Source: an uncultured Eubacteriales bacterium
Lineage (GTDB): Bacteria > Bacillota > Clostridia > Oscillospirales > CAG-272
NCBI GenBank assembly: GCA_900546695.1
Contig: URDX01000007.1
Span: forward strand, 331 to 64,330
Length of the DNA stretch: 64,000 nucleotides
Direction: 5' to 3'
The position numbers and the translations under genes were made by a program. How positions within the stretch are numbered: the first letter of the stretch is position 1; the number at the start of each line of letters is the position of its first letter. Shown here one piece after another: positions 18,141 through 28,196 of the stretch. The notes under the pieces are model-generated. The model had not been told where the DNA came from, made no database searches, and saw only the letters and a list, made by a program, of their open reading frames with translations.

Positions 18141-18790
18141 CAGCCGAATCGGGTAGGAGGCGGTGACTAACCGCCTCCTACCACAACACCATGCGTACAG
18201 GTCCGTACACGGCGTTTCGATAAGTTGTTGTTTATGCCTTCTCCTTTGATGACTGCTAAACATTCTCGACCTCTACTCTCGGTTTCCAACCTACCCTCAG
18301 TCATTCAATCTTCATGGAGCAGCTGTTTTCAATCACAATCATTCACCTTTGATTTCACACAGCTTCTTATCGTCCCCCTTCCTCCGCGGTAATTAATCGC
18401 TTCTTCGGTACTTTGAGCGGAGCTGACCTCTGCAAGCTCAACCGCTGCCTTTCGACACGGCTTACTCCTTTTTGAAGCCGGGAGCGTTCCTTGCAAGCCT
18501 CCCCGAGTAAGAACAATAACCTTCATTCCGTAACCGCCGCATCTACTGTATGGAATTCGGGTGCATTGGACTTCTTCTTGTTTGGCAGAGTCGTCCGTCC
18601 CAAGTCTGCCTTCTATGCGATTTCTGTTCGTCAGTCCGGAGCTTTGCCCGCAGAGGCACTTCTCAGCCTCTACATCCGGCTTCCTTCGGATTCCGCCTCA
18701 CGACGGACACCCTTGCCTTCGGTTAATGCTTCCCGCTGCCGAGCGCATAGTGGGCTTTCACCACCAAGTTATTGCCCATGTCGGGCACAC
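18141..18790 (-). mobile_element. ORF-less group IIC intron, copy B (domains I-VI present, no reverse-transcriptase ORF)
   Basis: The 5' end is GTGTGCCCGACATGGGC, immediately 3' of a terminator hairpin. DI blocks resemble (from memory) the Oceanobacillus iheyensis IIC ribozyme: GCAAGGGTGTCCGT.GTGAGG.GGAATC.GAAGGAAGC, AAGAAGAAGTCC, CTTACTCGGGGAGGC. DV reads ACGCCGTGTAC-GGACCT-GTAC-GC-ATGGTGT, with a CGC triad and a 2-nt bulge. DVI is GGTAGGAGGCGGT..ACCGCCTCCTACC. The ~170-nt DIV holds only tiny ORFs. Confidence 0.8.
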
Positions 18791-18794
18791 CGCA

Positions 18795-18836
18795 AAAACC
18801 GTCTCTGCCGTACCGAGGTACGGCAGAGACGGTTTT
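18795..18836 (-). terminator. perfect 20-bp terminator hairpin serving as the 5'-exon target motif of intron copy B
   Basis: The minus strand reads aaaaccgtctctgccgtac-ctcg-gtacggcagagacggttttt, followed by gcg and then the intron GTGTG. Confidence 0.75.
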
Positions 18837-19004
18837 AACGTCAGAAAAACGAAAGCATAAAGCTCCTTGCAATGAATCCCGGCGGGGCTTCCACTGCACC
18901 CGAGGCACTGTGCGTGCATCTGGGCAGCCTCGGCTGCCGTCGTTTTCCGTTATGCACTTTTTAAGCATCTCCGAAATGGGAACAGATAAAACGCCCGGAG
19001 TGCT

Positions 19005-19200
19005 CGATTTTGCCGTACAAGGCGTACACTCGTACGTCGTACGGCAAAAACTGGCGCAGAAAAAGCGGATAACAATTTTTTACGGAGAAATCCGTTTGGA
19101 TTTCATCAGCTTTTTCGGCTTCTGATTTCCCATTTTTGCTTATTACTAATCTTTATCCTCTTTATCCGCTTTTTCGATCCGGACGTTTTTTAGCATTCCT
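19005..19200 (-). repeat. ~190-nt structured intergenic repeat, copy II
   Basis: Starts directly after the groEL stop. It is homologous to 4116-4300. Conserved hairpins are ttttgccgtac..gtacggcaaaa and gaaatcc-aaac-ggatttc, and AAAAAGCGGATAA pairs at long range with TTATCCGCTTTTT. Confidence 0.5.
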
Positions 19201-19201
19201 T

Positions 19202-21183
<1,982 letters not shown>

Positions 21184-21204
21184 TTAGTAAGCAATTTAAG
21201 GTTA

Positions 21205-21231
21205 TTAGCACTCTAACCGTTCGAGTGCTAA
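21205..21231. promoter_or_regulatory. CIRCE operator (HrcA binding site)
   Basis: TTAGCACTC-taaccgttc-GAGTGCTAA is a perfect match to the CIRCE consensus and lies 49 nt upstream of groES. Confidence 0.9.
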
Positions 21232-21243
21232 TAACTGTTTACT

Positions 21244-21271
21244 ATTATACTCACACCTTTTCTAAAATCAA
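21244..21271 (-). promoter_or_regulatory. sigma-A type promoter of groES-groEL
   Basis: On the minus strand, TTGATT (21271-21266), a 16-nt spacer, then TATAAT (21249-21244), just upstream of CIRCE. Confidence 0.6.
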
Positions 21272-21314
21272 GTCATTTTCTGCTTTGTTTACATATATTT
21301 AACACGAAAGAAAT

Positions 21315-21360
21315 ATAATAAATACAATCTCCCGTCCGCACATATAGACAGACGGGAGAC
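21315..21360 (-). terminator. terminator downstream of ABC exporter 21487..23295
   Basis: tctcccgtc (21329-21337) pairs with gacgggaga (21351-21359). A T-rich tract follows on the minus strand. Confidence 0.65.
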
Positions 21361-21486
21361 CGTACATGTTTATTCAAATTTCGACGCTTCGCGGAGCACC
21401 GCCTGCCCGTGAAGCCCCCACGTTACGCAAAGCAGACCCCGCCGCGAAAAATCATAGGCACGAGGAGCACGTTCCGCGCGTCGGTA

Positions 21487-23295
21487 TCAGGTATAATGCT
21501 TTGCCTGCGCCTCATACATCTCGGCGTAGCGGCGGTTAGTCTGCATCAAGCGCTCGTGCGAATCAAAGCCCGAGACGGTATTGCCGTCAATAAAAATAAC
21601 CTTGTCGGCATACTTTGCGACCGACAGCCGATGCGAGATGTAGAACACCGTCTTTCCGCGCGCCGCCTTACCGAAGGTCTGTATCAGATCATCCTCCGCA
21701 AACGCATCGAGCGCGCTTGTCGGCTCGTCGAGAATAACAATTTTCGGGTCGCGATACAGCGCCTTTGCGAGTGCGAGCTTCTGCAGCTCGCCGCCCGAAA
21801 GCCTTGTGCCCTCCGCGTCGAACAGCTTGCCCAGCATGGTCATTGTGCGGTGCGGCAGCGAGTTTATCTTTTCGATAAGCCCCGCCTCGCCGAGCCGATA
21901 TTCCACCTCCGCCCTGCACTCATCCGTATCCTCGAACTCGTTCAGTGCGACATTCTCGGCTATTGTAAATTCAAATGACCTGTAATTCTGAAACACCGTG
22001 CCGAATATCCCGCGATAATCCTCATAATTATATTGCTTTATATTGCTGCCGCCGAGCGTTATCTCACCCGACGAAACGTCGTACAGCCGCATCATGAGGT
22101 TGATAAAGGTCGATTTCCCCGCGCCGTTCACGCCGACAATCACATAGAATTTTCCCGTTTCGAGCGAAAGATTCAAATCACGCAGAACGCACGTATCCGA
22201 GCCGGGGTAGCAGAACGATACATTTTTGAACTCGATGCTGCCGCGCACGTCGCTCTTTTTAAGGCGGATATCATCGTCATGCGGCACGGCGATGGAATTT
22301 TCTATCTCCATATAATCGCGGTATGCGTCGACATACTTGCATTTATCGCCTATCCCTATCACCTCGCCGATAAGCGACGATACCGTTCCCGAAAAGGTCT
22401 GCAGCGCGGCAAAGAACATCGTAAAATCGGCAAAGCTCAGCCCCGCAAAAATCATCCGCCATGCGAGAAACAGATACATAACGGCATTCTGCGCCTGCGA
22501 CAGAAAGCAGTTGCCCGCATTGTAGCGGAACAGCGACCTGCCGAAGCGGCGAACCAGCTTGTCGAATCTGAGTATCAGACGATAATATTTGCTCGCTATC
22601 CAATCGGCGAGACCGTGCAGCTTGAGTTCAAAAGCGCAGCTCGGGTCGTCAAGCACGTTCATATAATAGGTAACTTCCTTGTTCAGCGGCGCTTCATCGG
22701 CGAATTTCTTTCTGTTTTTTCGGTTGCTGAGCACAATAATGAGCGTCTGCAGCGCTATCACGACAAGCATTATTATAAGGATGTAAACGTCGACGGCAGA
22801 CAGGATATACGTCACGCTGAGCAGCGTAATCGCCCCCGATATCAGATTAAAAAACGACGAAAACAGGGCTGTTATGTAGTTGCCCTGCGCGGATGCGGTC
22901 GCCATCTGCTTTTTTGTCGATATTTCGGGCGAATCGAGAAGCGCAAGATCGAGCTTTGAATTCTTGACGAGCACCCGAAAAAACAGGTCGTTGCGGAACA
23001 GAGAATCATTCGCGCCCTGCAGCAGCTGTATCAGCAGAATAACCGCGGTAAGCGCGTATGTCACGGCAAACGACAGAATAATATACGTCACCGTCATTTT
23101 CCAATCCCCGTCCGTTATCTGCTCGACGATAAGCTTAGAAAACAGAACCGTCGCCGTCGGCATGATGCCGCTCAGTATCGCGAGCAAAAATCTCGATAGG
23201 AGAAAAAACCTGTTGAAGCTCCATGCCGTTCCGATAACAAAGCTAAGTGTAGAAAACACCCGCCCCGTTGCACCGATAATTTTTTTCATATCCAC
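21487..23295 (-). CDS. ABC exporter, fused permease/ATPase (602 aa)
   Basis: TMD plus an NBD with GVNGAGKST, LSGGELQK and IVILDEPTSALD. The track start is GTG; an ATG 6 nt downstream (23289) is an alternative. Confidence 0.9.
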   Translation of the reverse strand: MDMKKIIGATGRVFSTLSFVIGTAWSFNRFFLLSRFLLAILSGIMPTATVLFSKLIVEQITDGDWKMTVTYIILSFAVTYALTAVILLIQLLQGANDSLFRNDLFFRVLVKNSKLDLALLDSPEISTKKQMATASAQGNYITALFSSFFNLISGAITLLSVTYILSAVDVYILIIMLVVIALQTLIIVLSNRKNRKKFADEAPLNKEVTYYMNVLDDPSCAFELKLHGLADWIASKYYRLILRFDKLVRRFGRSLFRYNAGNCFLSQAQNAVMYLFLAWRMIFAGLSFADFTMFFAALQTFSGTVSSLIGEVIGIGDKCKYVDAYRDYMEIENSIAVPHDDDIRLKKSDVRGSIEFKNVSFCYPGSDTCVLRDLNLSLETGKFYVIVGVNGAGKSTFINLMMRLYDVSSGEITLGGSNIKQYNYEDYRGIFGTVFQNYRSFEFTIAENVALNEFEDTDECRAEVEYRLGEAGLIEKINSLPHRTMTMLGKLFDAEGTRLSGGELQKLALAKALYRDPKIVILDEPTSALDAFAEDDLIQTFGKAARGKTVFYISHRLSVAKYADKVIFIDGNTVSGFDSHERLMQTNRRYAEMYEAQAKHYT

Positions 23296-23450
23296 CTCAC
23301 CGCCGCATATCTGTTGTTCTCAGCCCGCCGCACATCTGCGGCGCGACCCTTTCATATACTACAGTCGTAAAAACAGCTGCATGGTTAGGGGGGGAGGCGA
23401 AAAAAGCGCAAGCATCGCTTCTCAAATTCGACAGATACGGCAAAAAGGGA

Positions 23451-23481
23451 GGGCTGCTAAAAAACAAGTTTTTAACAGCCC
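23451..23481 (-). terminator. intergenic terminator hairpin between two ABC exporter genes
   Basis: gggctgctaaaaaac-aag-tttttaacagccc. A T-run follows on the minus strand. Confidence 0.6.
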
Positions 23482-23660
23482 CGAGGGGAAAGGTAAAAAT
23501 GCCCTGACTTTTCGGACATCCCCTTTTATATGGAAAGGTAAAAAATGTAGCTAATCTATGTATGCAACGGGTCGACTTGCCGACGATATCATACCGTCCG
23601 CGCCCGACCGCGAGACATTTAATACAGCGCCATGACCTCCGTTCCCGACAAAATTGCCTG

Positions 23661-25505
23661 TCATCTATAGTACTGTGCCTGCATTTCAAACATCTTTTTG
23701 TATATACCGTCCTCGAACTGTATCAGCTCGCTGTGCGTTCCGTATTCCGCTATGGTATTACCGGCAAACACGGCGATATGGTCCGTAAATCTGGTTGACG
23801 AAAGCCTGTGCGAGATATAGAGAGAGGTACGATTTTCTGCGATCTCGTGAAAGCTCTTATAGATATTGTACTCCGCTATCGGGTCAAGCGCAGAGGTAGG
23901 CTCGTCAAAAATAATTATCGGAGTATTTCTGTAGACCGCGCGTGCGATAGCAAGCTTCTGCGATTCCCCGCCCGACAGCTCTATTCCGTCGGGATCAAAA
24001 TCCTTGCTTATATACGTATCGAGCTTTTTCGGCAGGGTCTCCATTCTCTGCTCAAATCCGCTTTTTTTAATGCTGTCATAAAGCCTATCATCATCGGCGA
24101 CCATATCCATGGCAATATTCTCGCGCACGGTAAAGGGAAACAGCTTATAATCCTGAAAGACAACGCTCAGCAGCTTACGGTATGTCTCATACGGGATATC
24201 TCTTGCGGGAATGCCGTTTATCAATATCTCTCCGCTTGTAGGCTCATAGAAGCGGCAGAGCAGCTTGACAAATGTAGTTTTTCCCGCGCCGTTAACGCCG
24301 ACTATCGACAGGGATTCGCCGCGTTTTATCTTTATATTAATGTTTTCAAGTATCATTCGGTCCGTTTGGGGATACTTAAACGAAACATTTCTGAACTCGA
24401 TCTCGGCATTCTCGGTGATATCTATATGCGCCGTGCCCTCATCGGCTTTTTGCTTCTCCACCATCGAGATGCATCGGCGATAGTGCCTCAGAAACTCCAC
24501 GGCATTCTTCATCAACACAGAATAATTTCCGAAAACGCCCATAATGGCACCCGAGAATGTACCTGCAGCCGAAAGATACATCGAAAAATCTCCGATAGTC
24601 ATCGTACTGCGCAGCACGCCTGCCGACAGTATGACATATATGAGAATGCTCTGAGCTATTCCCATTACGCCGCTGATAATTTGAAAGTTGCTCATGGTCT
24701 TATTGTGCTTTTTATCAATCGGGAACAGCTCTTTTTCCCAATATTCCTCGGCACTGTCATACAGCCATTTTTCGAGATTGTTTACACGCACCTCCTTACC
24801 CATCGGGGCATATGTCATAAGCGATGCAAGATACCCCGCTCTGCGGCTCTTGTGAACCCGCTCCTCCTCATATCTGCGCGGAATATCCCTCTGAAGATAA
24901 TCAATGAACACATTCAGAGCGGAAAAAACGACCACTATCAGCAGAACTGCGGGATTAAGCGTTAATATAACGGAGCCTATTCCTACAATATTAAAAAGCG
25001 CTTTCAGTACATCGGTAGAGTTCTGCAATATTACGTCAAAGCGATTGTTACGCGCCAGCAGTACGTAGTCCTGAGTATCAGGGTTTTCAAGAGACGCATA
25101 ACTCATCTCCGTTGTGGCTTCGGCGAGCTTTATGAAAGCGTTGTAAGACGTCGTCTCAAGCTCATGCGAATCCCATAGTGAAAACAGCTGCGTTAAAAGC
25201 CGGGCAGCCAGCGTGAACAGCGCCATAAGAACGGCATATATTATTACCCGCTTTATGTCTCTGCCCTCCGTCAGCTCATTTATCACCGCACGCACAAACA
25301 AAATAGGTATTATAGTCTGAAGGGTCTGGATTATAAGAAAAGGTATCCGCACAAAGATCAGCTTTTTATTAGCCCTATACATGAATTTGTATGCGAACAG
25401 CAAATTTGAATATCGCTCCTTCAGCGTACCCCTCTCCTCGCGCCTTTTCTGCCGCGCCGCGCGGCGTTCTTCTTTTTCTTTTTTTCTGTCTCTCATCACT
25501 TTCAC
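23661..25505 (-). CDS. ABC exporter, fused permease/ATPase (614 aa)
   Basis: Basic N-terminus, then a TMD and an NBD with GVNGAGKTT, LSGGESQK and IIIFDEPTSALD. Confidence 0.9.
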   Translation of the reverse strand: MKVMRDRKKEKEERRAARQKRREERGTLKERYSNLLFAYKFMYRANKKLIFVRIPFLIIQTLQTIIPILFVRAVINELTEGRDIKRVIIYAVLMALFTLAARLLTQLFSLWDSHELETTSYNAFIKLAEATTEMSYASLENPDTQDYVLLARNNRFDVILQNSTDVLKALFNIVGIGSVILTLNPAVLLIVVVFSALNVFIDYLQRDIPRRYEEERVHKSRRAGYLASLMTYAPMGKEVRVNNLEKWLYDSAEEYWEKELFPIDKKHNKTMSNFQIISGVMGIAQSILIYVILSAGVLRSTMTIGDFSMYLSAAGTFSGAIMGVFGNYSVLMKNAVEFLRHYRRCISMVEKQKADEGTAHIDITENAEIEFRNVSFKYPQTDRMILENINIKIKRGESLSIVGVNGAGKTTFVKLLCRFYEPTSGEILINGIPARDIPYETYRKLLSVVFQDYKLFPFTVRENIAMDMVADDDRLYDSIKKSGFEQRMETLPKKLDTYISKDFDPDGIELSGGESQKLAIARAVYRNTPIIIFDEPTSALDPIAEYNIYKSFHEIAENRTSLYISHRLSSTRFTDHIAVFAGNTIAEYGTHSELIQFEDGIYKKMFEMQAQYYR

Positions 25506-25557
25506 CTGTCCCTATGCAACAAAATCAAGCATATGAAATATCCGATGCCGCAGCGGC

Positions 25558-27396
25558 TCATTCTTCATTCTCTTCTTCAGACACATCAGATTCGTCCGAC
25601 TCATCCGTCTTATCAACGTAATAAGACGCTTGCTTTGAAAACATGTCGGCATAAACGCCGCCGAGAGCCATAAGCTCGGAATGGGTTCCGCGCTCAACAA
25701 GCTCACCGTCTGCAAACATAGCCACCGAATCGCAGAACTTAACGCTTGCAAGCCTGTGCGAGATATAGATTGACGTTTTGTTTTTAATAATACTCCGGAA
25801 CCTGTTATAAAGGGTCGTTTCGGCTACGGGATCAAGAGATGCCGTCGGCTCATCCAGAATAATGATGGGTGCATCCTTGTAATATGCCCGTGCGCAAGCC
25901 AGCTTCTGCCCTTCTCCGCCGGATAATTCGTTTCCCTTATAATCGAACGCCCTGCCTATATGCGTATATATTCCTTCGTCAAGGGTCGCGAGCTTTTCGC
26001 CGAGCCCGCTCTGCTCCAGCGCCGTTATCACCCGCGCTTCATCCACCTCACGATTCATGACAACATTTTCGCATATAGTCATCCAGAAAAGCTGAAAATC
26101 CTGAAATACAACGGAGATTCGCTCACGGTAATCCGCAAGATTTATCGTCGAAATATCTATCCCGTCCAAAAGTATCTTACCCATAGTAGGCTCATAGAGA
26201 CGGCAGATAAGCTTAATAAAGGTTGTTTTTCCCGCACCGTTGTATCCCACTACCGAAAGGCGCTCGCCCGCCTTTATTTTGATATTGACGTTTTTCAATA
26301 CAAATCTGTCGGTGTTGGGATATTTAAAAGATACGTCGACAAATTCGAGCGCTCCGCACTTTGCGGGCAGTTCATCTCCCGTGACTACCTCTTTTTCTTT
26401 TCCCTTATGATCCGCGTACGACAAAAACTCCTTATAATCATCAACATATCCCGACAGCAGAGCCAAGCCCGAGAATCTGTTTACAAAGCATGACAATGTC
26501 CATGAAAATGCCGATATAGCGCCGAGAAATACGGTAAAGGAACCGACGGTTATCCCACCCGATATCACCAGATACGCACAGTAGCCGTATACGGCAACGG
26601 TTTGCAACATTTCGGTAAAGAACGGGAGCACTCTGTACTTAAACTGTTTTTTTTGGTTCGTCATACAATTATCTATGTATTCAGAGACCTTATCATCGTA
26701 CTTTTTGTGAAGCCATTCTGCAGCGCCGTTGATTCTTATCTCCTTTGCAAAGTCAAAGTAAAGCATACTCAGCCAGATAGAGGTAATACATCTGTTGATT
26801 CTTGTAAGGATACTCTGATACTCATAGCCAATCTTATCACATCTCCGCGAAGCATACGCATTTGTCGCTATTACGAGCAGGAGGAAAACGACCATCAACG
26901 GATGAATGGAAGCGATAATATAGCTGTATCCGATAAGCTGCACCAGCTCGGATATAAAACCCGCCACCGTATTCTCCGCAAACGATTTCGGTTCGACCGC
27001 GCCTATCGACTTCTCCGCGAGATCGCGTACGCGACCGTCTTCAAAATTACCGTAATCCATGTATCCCCACTTCGCGTGATGATACATGGTCATGTTCTGA
27101 TTGATCCTCAGCGTACGAATAGTCTTAGACCGCTGAATAAGCGTCGGAACTATACCGAAAAATACGGTCGCCGCAGCATAAAAACACAGATAACGTACGG
27201 TAACATCCACACGCTTTTCGCCCGCAAGCTCGTCCAAAATATATTTGGACAGATAAAGCATGATAAACGGCTGCGCCATCTGCATCGCCGTCTGCATTAT
27301 GATGTGCGGATATATGCTGCGCGCAAAATTCCACGAGCGCTGCCACATGAACTTCATGTTTTTCATGAAATGACCTGTTTTTTTGAATAATTGCAT
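25558..27396 (-). CDS. ABC exporter, fused permease/ATPase (612 aa)
   Basis: TMD plus an NBD with GYNGAGKTT, LSGGEGQK and IIILDEPTASLD. The C-terminal tail is acidic (DESDESDVSEEENEE). Confidence 0.9.
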   Translation of the reverse strand: MQLFKKTGHFMKNMKFMWQRSWNFARSIYPHIIMQTAMQMAQPFIMLYLSKYILDELAGEKRVDVTVRYLCFYAAATVFFGIVPTLIQRSKTIRTLRINQNMTMYHHAKWGYMDYGNFEDGRVRDLAEKSIGAVEPKSFAENTVAGFISELVQLIGYSYIIASIHPLMVVFLLLVIATNAYASRRCDKIGYEYQSILTRINRCITSIWLSMLYFDFAKEIRINGAAEWLHKKYDDKVSEYIDNCMTNQKKQFKYRVLPFFTEMLQTVAVYGYCAYLVISGGITVGSFTVFLGAISAFSWTLSCFVNRFSGLALLSGYVDDYKEFLSYADHKGKEKEVVTGDELPAKCGALEFVDVSFKYPNTDRFVLKNVNIKIKAGERLSVVGYNGAGKTTFIKLICRLYEPTMGKILLDGIDISTINLADYRERISVVFQDFQLFWMTICENVVMNREVDEARVITALEQSGLGEKLATLDEGIYTHIGRAFDYKGNELSGGEGQKLACARAYYKDAPIIILDEPTASLDPVAETTLYNRFRSIIKNKTSIYISHRLASVKFCDSVAMFADGELVERGTHSELMALGGVYADMFSKQASYYVDKTDESDESDVSEEENEE

Positions 27397-27482
27397 AAAA
27401 CCTCACCGTGCTTTACTGTAAATATGTGTTTTCTTGTGCTGTATCGTATATCTTTTCTATACATTTATTTTTTGCTTAACTA

Positions 27483-27716
27483 ATTATATCGCATTTTCGG
27501 ATTTTGTGTTAATTTTGACGTGAAACATATCAAATTTGTCCTGAAAAGCATTTTGATGTAAATCGCAGGAAATTTCGTGTCACTTTCGCGAGATTTTCAC
27601 ACCATATTATAAAAATCATTGCATGGCTGTCCGTTGAAAATCCCATCTTCTAATCCCCCTCCGTACAGAGAAAAACGCCGGCGCAGAAAAGGCAGCCTCT
27701 GCAGCCTGCCTTTTCA
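27483..27716 (-). repeat. ~235-bp cassette-junction module, copy 1 (terminator hairpin plus outward promoter)
   Basis: Homologous to 30903-31138 and 39822-40054. The hairpin aaaaggcag-cctctgcagc-ctgcctttt lies at 27686-27715. On the minus strand, -35 TTAACA, an 18-nt spacer and -10 TATAAT (27488-27483) point at ABC gene 25558..27396. Confidence 0.7.
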
Positions 27717-27753
27717 AATCAGATTCGTATGTTTTTTCCCGTGCCGAGCCTTA

Positions 27754-28023
27754 TTACTCTTGCGTCGAAAGGTCACACGACTCATCGTACAGCACCTGAA
27801 GAACATCTATCATCTTCTGCGCGGTATCCATCTCGGTTATAATCAGTTTTTCGTCCGGAATCACACACTCAAATTCTTCCTCCAAAGCTACTATTATCTG
27901 AATAAACGCGATTGAATCCATTCCGAGATCGGGCAGACTTTCGTCCAACTGCTCTACGGTTATTTCGAACTTTTCCGTGCTGTTGATGACTTCCAACACC
28001 TTCTCTATTGTAACTGTTTTCAT
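27754..28023 (-). CDS. acyl carrier protein-like protein (89 aa)
   Basis: The PP-binding helix-II signature is LGMDSIAFIQIIVALEEEFECVIPDEKL. Confidence 0.8.
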   Translation of the reverse strand: MKTVTIEKVLEVINSTEKFEITVEQLDESLPDLGMDSIAFIQIIVALEEEFECVIPDEKLIITEMDTAQKMIDVLQVLYDESCDLSTQE

Positions 28024-28050
28024 CGGAATTTTTCCACATGCAATACAAAT

Positions 28051-28188
28051 TCAATACTCGGATTGATAATTAAACACAAGTATATCACCAACATCGTATT
28101 TATCTTTCTGTTCAATAAATACTCTGTCATCCGGTAAAATAGCGGGATACATACTATTCCCGGTTACAGACACAAAATGTCCTTTCAT
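28051..28188 (-). pseudogene. truncated S24/S26-type peptidase fragment (45 aa)
   Basis: Not in the track because it is under 60 aa. It has a strong SD (aggaggcgacATG) and reads MKGHFVSVTGNSMYPAILPDDRVFIEQKDKYDVGDILVFNYQSEY*. It aligns with the N-terminal half of the 89-aa protein at 35815..36084 (GDSMLPT box) but stops before the His and GDN boxes. Confidence 0.6.
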
Positions 28189-28196
28189 GTCGCCTC

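Noticed and set aside
27619-27915. Three + strand ORFs with similar translations (..RIPSLNS.PR.EKRPR.K.SLCSLPFQ..) at 27619, 30969 and 39958
   Set aside because: They lie inside the three junction-module copies, so the similarity is DNA-level repetition. They run through a terminator hairpin and into antisense of neighbouring genes.
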